From a virus (lineage: Duplodnaviria; Caudoviricetes), in IMG/VR virus record IMGVR_UViG_3300017913_002592, positions 1-50,773 of that record: DNA of 50,773 nucleotides; one strand, 5' to 3'. This document shows positions 34,574 through 44,364 of this stretch, one piece after another. The translations under genes were made by a program, and so were the position numbers. Each line of letters opens with the position of its first letter. The first letter of the stretch is position 1. Under the pieces are notes generated by a model that ran no database searches, had not been told where the DNA came from, and saw nothing but the letters and a program-made list of their open reading frames with translations.

Positions 34574-36868
34574 ATGCAAATGACGAGCCCAAGGGTTGCT
34601 CTAATAGAAACCAAGCCAAGTAAAACGAATTTTAAAAGTGAATTTGATAACGCTTTTGAGTTTGACCAGTTCCAGCTATGTTCTGATCCTACACTAAAGA
34701 AAGTTTTAAAGCGTGACTGTGATATACAAATTGATACAGATAACTACGACTGGATTATTCTAGTAGGTTCTGATGCTCTTAAATACTTTACTAAGATTAA
34801 CTCAGTAACAGAATACTCTGGTAAGAAAGTAGAAGGAAAGTATCTACCAGTAATCAATCCTGCTATGCTTGCTTTTAAACCTGAGGCAAGAACAACATGG
34901 GAATCTTCGAAAGAAAATATTATTTCTTATATTCGAGGAGAAATTGAAGAGGTCATCATAGATGATAGTATTGCATTCGGTATTCAAGACACAGAAGAAG
35001 CTAATAGATTTATTAAAGATGCGATTAAGCATCCAGGCAAATATATTGCTCTCGACTCCGAGACCACAGGACTTTATCCTCGTAATGGGCACATGCTTGG
35101 CATATCTCTATCATATGATGGTTTAAAGGGTGCATATATTGACACGGACTGCTTTGATGGAGATACAGAGCAGTTACTACAACTCCTATTTAATAACAAG
35201 ACTGTAGTATTTCATAACGCCAAGTTTGATATGGCGTTCTTTGAGTATCATTTTAACTTTAAGTTTCCGAGCTTTGAAGACACCATGCTGCTCCATTACC
35301 TCATAGACGAGAATCCCGGAGGACATGGTCTCAAACAGTTATCACTAAAGTATACTCCCTATGGAGATTACGAAAAGCCAATGTTTGACTGGATTGACCA
35401 GTATCGTAAAGAACACGGTATTTTAAAGGGAGACTTTCAGTGGCAGTCTATTCCCTTCGATGTAATGAAAACTTATGCAGCAATGGATGCTGTATGTACT
35501 TTTCTCATCTATGAAAAATTTGTAAAGATTAAGCAGAACAAGAAGCTGGCATGGGTATACGACAATATTCTTATTCCTGGGTGTAGATTTCTCACGGACA
35601 TACAAGACAATGGCGTTCCATTTGATCGTATTCGACTAGAGAAGTCCCAAGTCTTGATGCAGGAAGATATTGATAAAGCTATCGAAACTTTGTATGAAAA
35701 TCCAAAGATTCGTAAGTTTGAAGAAATTCAAGGTAAAGAGTTCAACCCAAATAGCACACTTCAACTTCGTAAGTTGTTGTTTGATATGTTGGGCTTACGT
35801 CCTACAGGTAAGAAAACTGGCACTGGAGCAGACTCTACAGATGCGGAAGTGTTGAAAGAACTTGAGTCTCAGTCAGAAGTACCTGGACTTATTCTTGATA
35901 TTCGTCAGAAGTCCAAAATCAAGAATACTTATCTTGATAAAATTATTCCTCAGCTCGACAGAGATAGTCGTTTGAGAACAAACTTCAATCTGCATGGCAC
36001 GACTTCTGGTCGATTGTCAAGTAGTGGTAAGTTGAATATGCAGCAGTTGCCTCGTGATAATCCGATTGTAAAAGGATGTATCAAAGCGGCTCCAGGTCAT
36101 AAAATTGTGGCTATGGACTTGACAACTGCTGAAGTATATGTTGCAGCAAAATTAGCAGAAGACGAAGCACTAATGAATGTATTTCGTAGCGGTGGAAACT
36201 TTCACAGTACGATTGCTAAAACAGTGTTTAAACTTCCTTGCCAAGTGGAACAAGTGGCGGAGCTATACGGCACACAGCGCCAAGCAGCTAAAGCAGTAAC
36301 ATTTGGTATTATGTATGGCGCAGGCCCGAAGAAGATTAGTGAGCAAGTTACTAAAGATTCGGGAACCTATTTTAGCCAGCAAGAGGCAAAAGAAGTTATT
36401 GATGATTATTTTCGATCTTTTCACAAATTGAGAAAGTGGATTGACGATAATCAAAAGTTCATTGAGCACAATGGATTTATATATAGCTTCTTTGGCCGTA
36501 AAAGGAGATTGCCGAATGTCTCATCTACAGACGCAGGTATCAAAAGTCATAGCATTAGGTCTGGTCTTAACTTTCTGGTGCAGTCTACTGCTTCTGATAT
36601 TAACCTGTTAGGCGCAATAGATATGGGACAGTTTATTAAGTCTCAAAGAATGAAATCAAGAATCTTTGCATTAGTACACGACTCAATTCTGGCAGAAGTT
36701 CCAGAAGATGAAATTTCGTATTACTCTGAGATCTTGCAGAAGTTTGTTCAAATGGATAGAGGAGTATCTATTTCAGGCGCACCTGTAGGATGTGACTTTG
36801 AAGTAGGAGACGACTATTCTATGGGCAAATTTGAAAAGACGTATGATAATTACTTACAAAGAGATTAA
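34574..36868 (+). CDS. polA: Family A DNA polymerase with 3'-5' exonuclease
   Basis: LDSETTG, HNAKFD, TTSGRLSS, RQAAKAVTFGIMYG, LVHDS. Confidence 0.95.
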   Translation: MQMTSPRVALIETKPSKTNFKSEFDNAFEFDQFQLCSDPTLKKVLKRDCDIQIDTDNYDWIILVGSDALKYFTKINSVTEYSGKKVEGKYLPVINPAMLAFKPEARTTWESSKENIISYIRGEIEEVIIDDSIAFGIQDTEEANRFIKDAIKHPGKYIALDSETTGLYPRNGHMLGISLSYDGLKGAYIDTDCFDGDTEQLLQLLFNNKTVVFHNAKFDMAFFEYHFNFKFPSFEDTMLLHYLIDENPGGHGLKQLSLKYTPYGDYEKPMFDWIDQYRKEHGILKGDFQWQSIPFDVMKTYAAMDAVCTFLIYEKFVKIKQNKKLAWVYDNILIPGCRFLTDIQDNGVPFDRIRLEKSQVLMQEDIDKAIETLYENPKIRKFEEIQGKEFNPNSTLQLRKLLFDMLGLRPTGKKTGTGADSTDAEVLKELESQSEVPGLILDIRQKSKIKNTYLDKIIPQLDRDSRLRTNFNLHGTTSGRLSSSGKLNMQQLPRDNPIVKGCIKAAPGHKIVAMDLTTAEVYVAAKLAEDEALMNVFRSGGNFHSTIAKTVFKLPCQVEQVAELYGTQRQAAKAVTFGIMYGAGPKKISEQVTKDSGTYFSQQEAKEVIDDYFRSFHKLRKWIDDNQKFIEHNGFIYSFFGRKRRLPNVSSTDAGIKSHSIRSGLNFLVQSTASDINLLGAIDMGQFIKSQRMKSRIFALVHDSILAEVPEDEISYYSEILQKFVQMDRGVSISGAPVGCDFEVGDDYSMGKFEKTYDNYLQRD

Positions 36869-37337
36869 AAAAGTACAGTTCCCTGTTTTTGTGATGCATA
36901 GTAGCAACTGGGAGACGGTGGACGGTATTCTATTTCTTGATAATGAAGTAGTTGACGATAAAAATATGCCTGGAGCTACTCTGGGCATTCGTCGTCTACA
37001 AACCCCTTTTACAGAGTTAGTTCCTCTTAAACACTCTATAAACTCTTTAATTGGAATATTGAAGCAGAACGCAAAAACTTTTATTGATAGTAGGGGAACT
37101 CCGTTTATATATCAAAAAACTTTAAATTGTTCGCTAAGGTATTACAAAATAAGAAAAATAGAGCAGAAGGAAGTAGCTTCTGTACTGTGGTTGAAGGATA
37201 TAAATTTTCCTTTTACCATACCACGACCTCCACCCAAAGAAATGACTTGGGCAGGGGTTTTACACATGGGCGGACTGCCTTGGCTATTGTACGAGTATTC
37301 TGAAGAAAAGTTAAAAGACACTCGAAGAAAAGTATAA
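36843..37337 (+). CDS. Conserved T5-like protein downstream of the polymerase
   Basis: DDKN.PG.TLG.RRLQ; synteny. Confidence 0.7.
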   Translation: MIITYKEIKKVQFPVFVMHSSNWETVDGILFLDNEVVDDKNMPGATLGIRRLQTPFTELVPLKHSINSLIGILKQNAKTFIDSRGTPFIYQKTLNCSLRYYKIRKIEQKEVASVLWLKDINFPFTIPRPPPKEMTWAGVLHMGGLPWLLYEYSEEKLKDTRRKV

Positions 37338-37341
37338 TTTT

Positions 37342-38001
37342 ATGGCTAGAAGAAAAAAGACTCTTGCGGGAGCAAATTTAGACTTACAAGAAATCGAGCC
37401 TCTCACTAAAAATCAAGTAATTGCATTTGAGAGCGATAAAAACTTAATGCTACATGGCGTAGCGGGCACAGGTAAGACTTTTATATCTTCATATCTTGCA
37501 TTTGATGATATGGCAAAAGGTATATATGAAAAACTAGTAATTATAAGAAGTGCCGTTCCCACTAGAGATATTGGCTTTCTGCCTGGGAATGAAAAAGAAA
37601 AGGCTTCAGTATATGAAGAGCCTTACAAAGATATTTGTATTGAACTTTTCCAGCGCGGAGATGCTTATGAAATACTTAAAACAAAAGGATTAGTTCATTT
37701 TATGACTACTTCCTTTATTCGAGGAGTTACTCTGCGAAATGCAGTAATACTCATTGACGAATGTCAAAATATGAGTTTTCATGAGCTAGACTCAATTATT
37801 ACTAGAATAGGGCAAGAGTGTAGAGTTATCTTTTGTGGTGACTTTCGACAAGCCGATTTAGCAAAAAATGGCTTAAAAGATTTTGTAAGAATCTTAAAAG
37901 CTATGAATGAATTTGACTTTGTTGACTTCGATATAAAAGATATTGTACGAAGTGACTTTGTTAAGCAGTACATCACAGCAAAAACGGACTTAGGATTATG
38001 A
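37342..38001 (+). CDS. phoH: PhoH-family ATPase
   Basis: GVAGTGKT, IGFLPG, RGVT, IDECQN, TRIG, GDFRQ.D, DIVRS. Confidence 0.93.
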   Translation: MARRKKTLAGANLDLQEIEPLTKNQVIAFESDKNLMLHGVAGTGKTFISSYLAFDDMAKGIYEKLVIIRSAVPTRDIGFLPGNEKEKASVYEEPYKDICIELFQRGDAYEILKTKGLVHFMTTSFIRGVTLRNAVILIDECQNMSFHELDSIITRIGQECRVIFCGDFRQADLAKNGLKDFVRILKAMNEFDFVDFDIKDIVRSDFVKQYITAKTDLGL

Positions 38002-38543
38002 ACGAAGGAAAACGAGTACCCTCAGTAGTTTTCAAAATACGAGTCCCCGATACGTCTGGCGCAGGGCGAGAAAACCCTTTTGTATGGAAAGATTCACCTA
38101 CTTCTGAATTTTTTCAAAGCAAAAGAGTTTTAGTAATCTCCCTGCCAGGCGCTTTCACGCCAACTTGTAGCACCTATCAAGTACCAAACTTTGAAAAGAA
38201 CTACAACAAGATTAAAAACCTGAATATTGATGAAATCTATGTAATTTCTGTCAATGATGCTTTTGTTATGCGGAAATGGAGAATTGACCAGAATGTAGAG
38301 AAAATCAAGTTTATTCCAGACGGTAATGGGCAGTTTACTCGACATATGGGTATGCTAGTGGATAAGTCAAACCTCGGATTTGGTATGCGCTCTTGGCGTT
38401 ATGCTATGGTAGTAGACCATGGTATTATCGAAAAGATGTTTGTAGAGCCGGGGTATTCCGATAACGCATCGAAAGACCCATATGGTGAAACTTCTCCAGA
38501 AAATGTCATTAACTACTTAGAGGGTGCCCCACGGCGTCTATGA
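37998..38543 (+). CDS. Peroxiredoxin (Prx5 type)
   Basis: PGAFTPTCS, SVNDAFVM, DGNGQFT, RSWRYAM. Confidence 0.93.
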   Translation: MNEGKRVPSVVFKIRVPDTSGAGRENPFVWKDSPTSEFFQSKRVLVISLPGAFTPTCSTYQVPNFEKNYNKIKNLNIDEIYVISVNDAFVMRKWRIDQNVEKIKFIPDGNGQFTRHMGMLVDKSNLGFGMRSWRYAMVVDHGIIEKMFVEPGYSDNASKDPYGETSPENVINYLEGAPRRL

Positions 38544-39823
38544 AAGCTGTAATTAGTAACCGAATTTATCTCGAAGTAACGCGAGATTATAAAGAGCAAC
38601 TCAGCAAAGAGTTGACTTATAAAATTCCGTCACCGAATCCTAAAGATCCGCCCATTGTCATAAAAAATATGGCGCGGGTTCGAGAAAATTTGGTTACTAT
38701 TCCTATCGGAAGAACAGATTTAATACCAGAGGACTATGAAATTGTTGACAAAAGGATTAGTATGCCTGTGGATTTTCCTGATTTTAAGTATCCTCTACGC
38801 GAGTCACAGCAAGCAGTCTACGACGAACTTGATGATAACTGTATCATCAATGCGTGGGTAAGTTGGGGAAAGACTTTCACTGGGTTGGCGATAGCGGGAA
38901 AACTCGGACAAAAGACACTAGTGATAGTGCATACTGTACCTCTAAGGAATCAATGGGCAAAGGAAGTAGAGAAAGTCTATGGAATTAAGCCTGGCATCAT
39001 AGGAAGCGGTAAGTTTGAGATAGACGCCCCTATCGTAATTGGAAATACTCAGAGCCTCTACAGAAATATTCAGAAAATTAGGAAAGAGTTTGGAACAATT
39101 ATACTGGATGAAATGCACCATGTAAGCAGTCCAACTTTTTCGAAAGTCATCGACACAAACTATGCTCGCTATAAAATTGGACTTTCTGGTACAATTGAAA
39201 GAAAGGATGGCAAGCACGTTGTGTTTCGTGACTATTTCGGAAGTAAGATATTCAAACCGCCAAGAGAAAACTTCATGACTCCAGTTGTGCATATTATGCG
39301 CTCTGAAGTGAGGTTTATGGACGGAGCAAGAATACCTTGGGCAAATCGTGTAACGGCTCTCGCCAACAATGAAGAATATCGACACAGTGTAGCCCTGCTC
39401 GCAGCATTTTATGCGTCGAAAGGGCACAAAGTCCTCGTAGTGTCCGACCGAGTGCATTTTTTACAGAGCTGCGCCGAACTCGTTGGAGAAAAAGCAATTT
39501 GTGTTACGGGTGTGGTACCGCACGAGGAAAGAGAAACGCTAATAGATGAAATTACTCATGGGAATAAGCAAATTTTATTTGGCACTCAAGCAATTTTTAG
39601 CGAGGGTATTTCAGTTAATGCCCTCTCTGTCCTTATACTCGGTACGCCCATTAACAACGAACCACTCCTCACCCAGCTCGTCGGAAGAGTCATTCGAGAA
39701 CAAGAAGGAAAACAAACTCCAGTAATTGTAGATATTCATCTAAAAGGCAATACTGCAAAAAGGCAGGCGTCCAATAGAATGGGATACTATATGAGACAAG
39801 GCTGGAAAATATCCGAGATATAG
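38540..39823 (+). CDS. D10: SF2 helicase, T5 D10-like
   Basis: SWGKT, LDEMHH, LSGT, QLVGRV. Confidence 0.9.
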   Translation: MKAVISNRIYLEVTRDYKEQLSKELTYKIPSPNPKDPPIVIKNMARVRENLVTIPIGRTDLIPEDYEIVDKRISMPVDFPDFKYPLRESQQAVYDELDDNCIINAWVSWGKTFTGLAIAGKLGQKTLVIVHTVPLRNQWAKEVEKVYGIKPGIIGSGKFEIDAPIVIGNTQSLYRNIQKIRKEFGTIILDEMHHVSSPTFSKVIDTNYARYKIGLSGTIERKDGKHVVFRDYFGSKIFKPPRENFMTPVVHIMRSEVRFMDGARIPWANRVTALANNEEYRHSVALLAAFYASKGHKVLVVSDRVHFLQSCAELVGEKAICVTGVVPHEERETLIDEITHGNKQILFGTQAIFSEGISVNALSVLILGTPINNEPLLTQLVGRVIREQEGKQTPVIVDIHLKGNTAKRQASNRMGYYMRQGWKISEI

Positions 39824-39839
39824 GATAGAAAAATAGTTC

Positions 39840-39868
39840 TTGACATCAATCTAATTTTTTAGTATAAT
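39840..39868 (+). promoter_or_regulatory. Consensus promoter
   Basis: AAAAATAGTTC-TTGACA-17-TATAAT. Confidence 0.8.
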
Positions 39869-39870
39869 AT

Positions 39871-40287
39871 ATGCTTCTATACGACTGGAAAAAGATATAT
39901 AATATCGCAAAGGGCCATCCAACAGGTATTTTTAAAATATTTGAGATGATGGTAAAAGGCTCTATACCCAAAAATAAGTATGACCCTATCTATAAGTATT
40001 ATGGGAAAGATTTTAAGGGCGAGTCTTTTTTAGCGCATCCAGATGTTCTTTTATACAATGCGTTTAGACACTCTCGTAGAGACATCTCAATATACTTAGC
40101 TTTAGCAAGTATGAGGTCTTTAGGGGAATATTTCGCCTCTGGCGAAACAACACTAGGTCTCTTGGAATTACCATTAGATCCATTTCAACACTTAGAAAAT
40201 CTAGAAGATAGGCTACTTTATATAGAAGGTGATAGATTATGCTTTTTGTATGAAGAAGTCCCACAGGAGAAAAAACAATGGCATTAA
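39871..40287 (+). CDS. Hypothetical protein between D10 and D11
   Basis: 138-aa ORF, T5-like synteny. Confidence 0.7.
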   Translation: MLLYDWKKIYNIAKGHPTGIFKIFEMMVKGSIPKNKYDPIYKYYGKDFKGESFLAHPDVLLYNAFRHSRRDISIYLALASMRSLGEYFASGETTLGLLELPLDPFQHLENLEDRLLYIEGDRLCFLYEEVPQEKKQWH

Positions 40288-40907
40288 GTTTTAACAAATC
40301 AAAGGGCGCTGCTCAAAAATCAAATATCACCACTTTTAGCTATCAAGATGGTGATAACTCTATTCGTCTCGTTGGGGATATTCTCGCTCGATATGTTTAT
40401 TGGATTACTGGTGAAAATGACAAGAACATTCCTTTAGAGTGTCTGTCTTTTGACCGTAACGAAGAGCGTTTCAACAACAAAGAAAAAGACTGGGTTCGTG
40501 AATACTACCCCGATCTGAAGTGTGGCTGGAGCTATGTGATGCAGTGCATTCACAATGGCGAAGTTAAAATCATCAATCTGAAGAAAAAGCTGTGGGAGCA
40601 AATTCTTACTGCTGCTGAAGATTTAGGTGATCCTACTGATCCCGAAACTGGCTGGGACGTTAAGTTCAAGCGAGTTAAGACTGGCCCTCTGCCCTACAAT
40701 GTTGAGTATCAACTTCAAGTATTGAAGTGCAAGCCTCGTGCTCTTAATGATGACGAACTTGCTCTTATCGAAGGCTTGAAGTCTATGGATGATGTTATGC
40801 CTCGTCCTACTCCCGATGCTCAGAAAGAGTTGCTTGATCGTGTTCGAGAAGTCGATACGAATGAGATTGACGAAGAGGCGCTTGATAAGGAGTTTGCCAT
40901 TTCATGA
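40278..40907 (+). CDS. D11: T5 D11-like putative ssDNA-binding protein
   Basis: IRLVG.IL.RYVYW...ECLSF...KKKLWEQI...GDPTD...VEYQL; acidic tail. Confidence 0.8.
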   Translation: MALSFNKSKGAAQKSNITTFSYQDGDNSIRLVGDILARYVYWITGENDKNIPLECLSFDRNEERFNNKEKDWVREYYPDLKCGWSYVMQCIHNGEVKIINLKKKLWEQILTAAEDLGDPTDPETGWDVKFKRVKTGPLPYNVEYQLQVLKCKPRALNDDELALIEGLKSMDDVMPRPTPDAQKELLDRVREVDTNEIDEEALDKEFAIS

Positions 40908-41863
40908 TTCTATTTACGGCAGATTGGCACTTAAAGCTGGGACAGAAAAATGTCCCAGTTTCTTGGGCAATGAATCGCTACAAATTGTTTTTCGAGCAGA
41001 TTCACTCTCTCGAACAGCAGTGCAATATGCACATTATTGGTGGTGATTTATTTGATCGTCTGCCGAACATGGAAGAGTTGGAACTTTACTTCTCGTTTAT
41101 TCGGGAAGTAAAGATTCCGACTATTATCTATGACGGTAATCACGAAGCAACTAAAAAGAACAGAACATTTTTTACACAATTAAAGCAGGTTACTAGAGAT
41201 ATTAACCCTTTAGTACAAGTTGTAGATATTTCTTACATTGACCCTGATATGAAGTTTGGTATTCTTCCATATGCCGATCTTCATAGAACTGATAGTATCG
41301 AAAAGTTTGATACAAACTATCCGTTATTTACTCATGTTCGTGGCGAAATTCCTCCCCATGTCAAGCCAGAGGTGGACTTAGACAGGTTTGAAGATTTTCC
41401 AGTCGTTTTTTCAGGCGACTTACACGCACATAGTAATACTCAACGAAATATTGTGTATCCTGGTAGTCCAATGACTACATCTTTTCATCGTACTGAAGTT
41501 TCTACAGGCTATGTTCTTATCAATCCTTCTGATTGGAGTTGGATGTGGGATGCTTTTGACCTTCCACAACTGCTACGAAAAACAGTATCTTCTCCAGATG
41601 AGATGGAACCTACAGAGTTTCATCATACCATCTACGAACTAGAAGGAGATATTCAAGACTTAGCGAATGTAAAAAATAGTGAGCTACTTGACAAAAAAGT
41701 TGTAAAACGAAGCAGTGAAGCAGCACTGGTAATAAGTAAAGAAATGAGCATCCAAGAAGAGCTAGTAGAATATCTAGCATATATCTTGGAGTTAGAAGAT
41801 GAGAAAATTCAGAATATAGTAGGCACTTTTAATGATTACGCTCAAAAAACTTCAATGGGATAA
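40904..41863 (+). CDS. D12: SbcD/Mre11-like nuclease (D12)
   Basis: ADWH, GGDLFD, GNHE, GDLH, YPGSP. Confidence 0.9.
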   Translation: MILFTADWHLKLGQKNVPVSWAMNRYKLFFEQIHSLEQQCNMHIIGGDLFDRLPNMEELELYFSFIREVKIPTIIYDGNHEATKKNRTFFTQLKQVTRDINPLVQVVDISYIDPDMKFGILPYADLHRTDSIEKFDTNYPLFTHVRGEIPPHVKPEVDLDRFEDFPVVFSGDLHAHSNTQRNIVYPGSPMTTSFHRTEVSTGYVLINPSDWSWMWDAFDLPQLLRKTVSSPDEMEPTEFHHTIYELEGDIQDLANVKNSELLDKKVVKRSSEAALVISKEMSIQEELVEYLAYILELEDEKIQNIVGTFNDYAQKTSMG

Positions 41864-43628
41864 CTGCTTTAGCTATGGGCCAGGAAATACACTGAACCTA
41901 GAAGAAAATACAGTAACTCAAATAATTGGTACTAACGGTATGGGCAAGTCGTCCATACCGTTAATTATTGAGGAAGCTCTTTTTAATAAAAATTCAAAGG
42001 GTATCAAAAAAGCAGATATACCCAATAGGTATGTAAACAAAGGCTACAATATAAATCTTGAGTTTACCAAAGACGAAGATGCGTATGTAGTTTCAATTGA
42101 TAGAAAAACAAATATTAAAGTTGCATTTCTAAAAAATGGCGAAGATATATCTAGTCATACAGCAACGAACACGTTCAAAACAATTCAAGAAGTTATAGGC
42201 ATTGACTTCAAGACATTCTCTCAGCTAGTATATCAGAACACAAATGCGAGCTTGCAGTTTTTAACTGCTACAGATACAACTCGTAAGAAGTTTCTGATTG
42301 ACCTTCTGCACCTTGAAGAATATGTACAACTTTTTGAATTATTTAAAGAAGTATCAAAAGACTTATCCCTTGAGCTTTCTGGGATACGTTCTAAAATTGC
42401 AACAGTAGAAAAGTGGTTATCTGATAACAAATTGAGTGATACCAATATACTGCCTATGCTAAAAATTGAAAATGAGACGGAAGAACTTGAGAATGAATTC
42501 CGTTCATTAACGAAAGAAATTGAAAATATTTCGGAAAAAAATAAAAAAATCTCAAAAAATAATCAGTACATTGACCTGCTGAAACAAATCAATATTCAAG
42601 AGATACAAAACATTGAAGTGACCGCAAAAGAATCGTATGATACTTTGCAATCCGAACTCGGCAATCTCAACGGGGTCGTAACGGGGTCACGAAAAATGAT
42701 GAAAAAACTAGAAGATTTAGGAGGAAAGTGTCCTACTTGTGAACAAAGTGTGGAGGAATCTTTTAAGCAGAGTCTGATTTCAGAGGAAGCTACAAGAATT
42801 TCCTACGCAGAGGAGAAAATGCGTGAAATTAGAACAAGAATTCAAGAAATTAAACGAAATAATGAGCGTTTCGATTACAAAAATAAAATGCAGAGAGAAT
42901 GGGAAGAACTGTACCGAAGCATTGATCGAGATCTTCCAGTGGCCGTCTTGGATAAAGGAGAGCTTTCTACACGGCTACAATCAGTACGAACTGACTTGGC
43001 AAAAGCGAAAGAGTCTGTGGAGAGAGTATCGGCAGAAAATGAAAGAAGAACGAAACAAAACACGCGGATTCAAGTAATTCAAGAACAGACCGACAGCTTT
43101 ATTGAACAGTTAGAAGAAGCACAAGAATCTTTAGGAAAAGTAGAAAGTGTATATTCTAACTTAGAAGTATTGAAAAAAGCATTTAGCACAAATGGCTTAA
43201 TCGCTTACAAGATTGAAAATCTAGTAAAAGAGCTAGAAGAGTTAGTAAATACCTATTTGGGAGAACTTTCAGACGGGCGTTTCACTCTTGAATTTGTTGT
43301 AAGCAATGACAAGCTAAATGTGCAAATAACAGACAATGGAAACATTGTCGATATTCTTGCTCTTTCCAGTGGAGAATTAGCAAGAGTAAACACGGCTACT
43401 CTTATAGCAATTCGTAAGCTAATGAGTAGTATTTCTAAGTCACGAATCAATATTCTTTTTCTAGACGAAGTGATTAACGTACTGGATGAAACAGGTAGAG
43501 AAAAGCTCGTTGAAGTTTTACTTGGCGAAGAAAACCTCAATACTTATGTAGTCAGTCACGGTTGGACACATCCTCTGCTAGAGAAGATTGAAGTTGTAAA
43601 ACGAGAAAATGTGAGCGCACTTGAATGA
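41832..43628 (+). CDS. D13: SbcC/Rad50-like ATPase (D13)
   Basis: GTNGMGKS, CPTC zinc hook, LSSGE, LFLDE, VSH. Confidence 0.92.
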   Translation: MITLKKLQWDNCFSYGPGNTLNLEENTVTQIIGTNGMGKSSIPLIIEEALFNKNSKGIKKADIPNRYVNKGYNINLEFTKDEDAYVVSIDRKTNIKVAFLKNGEDISSHTATNTFKTIQEVIGIDFKTFSQLVYQNTNASLQFLTATDTTRKKFLIDLLHLEEYVQLFELFKEVSKDLSLELSGIRSKIATVEKWLSDNKLSDTNILPMLKIENETEELENEFRSLTKEIENISEKNKKISKNNQYIDLLKQINIQEIQNIEVTAKESYDTLQSELGNLNGVVTGSRKMMKKLEDLGGKCPTCEQSVEESFKQSLISEEATRISYAEEKMREIRTRIQEIKRNNERFDYKNKMQREWEELYRSIDRDLPVAVLDKGELSTRLQSVRTDLAKAKESVERVSAENERRTKQNTRIQVIQEQTDSFIEQLEEAQESLGKVESVYSNLEVLKKAFSTNGLIAYKIENLVKELEELVNTYLGELSDGRFTLEFVVSNDKLNVQITDNGNIVDILALSSGELARVNTATLIAIRKLMSSISKSRINILFLDEVINVLDETGREKLVEVLLGEENLNTYVVSHGWTHPLLEKIEVVKRENVSALE

Positions 43629-43700
43629 ATCGACTAGCAGCACAGCGTAGAATGTGGATGTTACAGAAAGCAAAAGATCAAGACCTAAAGGAGGCACTAG

Positions 43701-43913
43701 ATGAGAGAGCTGAGTCAGAGTATTATAAAAGCCTTGACGAAAAAATACGAAGGGCAAATGGCGGAAGCAGAAGCAAATGTAGCAGTATATATGAACAACC
43801 CAGCAGGGATCGGAGAGCATCCCGAAATTCTTGAGGCGATAGATTCTCAAGTTGCAAAATACGTGGAAGCTGAAGAAAAGCTCCATGCCTTGGGCAGTAT
43901 TATAAATGGTTGA
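43701..43913 (+). CDS. Conserved marine-phage hypothetical protein
   Basis: GGAGG SD; NPAGIGEHPEI motif. Confidence 0.7.
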   Translation: MRELSQSIIKALTKKYEGQMAEAEANVAVYMNNPAGIGEHPEILEAIDSQVAKYVEAEEKLHALGSIING

Positions 43914-44364
43914 TAGTAGAGCAAAGGGGGCAAGAGGAGAATATTTAGTACGAGATATGTTGCGGGTCGCAACGGGATTACAGTTTGAAAGAGTTCCTAA
44001 CTCTGGAGCACTAGAATACCTCAAAGGCGATTTGTACGTTCCGAACGAAAAGAATAGATTTTGTATCGAAGTAAAAAACTATTCGGAATCTCCTCTAAGC
44101 GACAAAATATTTACAGCGAAGAAAACAAACAATCTTATTCGCTGGTGGAAAAAGGTGCAAGTACAGGCAGAAGGTGGAGATCAAGAACCATTACTATTCT
44201 TCAAGTACAATCGATCCCCTGTATTTGTAGTTACAAATTTACAGCCAAAGCAAAGTGAAGAATGGATGTTTATACAGTTTCTTAACTGTTTTATTCTTCT
44301 CGCAGAAGATTGGCTAGAGAATGAAACAGTGGAGTTTTTAAAGAATGGCATTCAGTTTCAGTGA
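43906..44364 (+). CDS. D14: T5 D14-like PD-(D/E)xK nuclease / resolvase
   Basis: SRAKGARGE...RVPNSGA...KGD...IEVK. Confidence 0.85.
   Translation: MVDSRAKGARGEYLVRDMLRVATGLQFERVPNSGALEYLKGDLYVPNEKNRFCIEVKNYSESPLSDKIFTAKKTNNLIRWWKKVQVQAEGGDQEPLLFFKYNRSPVFVVTNLQPKQSEEWMFIQFLNCFILLAEDWLENETVEFLKNGIQFQ

Noticed and set aside
39863-39873. Leaderless start for ORF 39871
   Set aside because: The ATG begins only 2 nt after the -10 hexamer, so this promoter would initiate inside the ORF and more likely serves D11
43625-43834. 69-aa ORF overlapping 43701-43913
   Set aside because: Largely overlaps a better-supported ORF with an SD and a conserved motif; cannot be excluded but is unsupported
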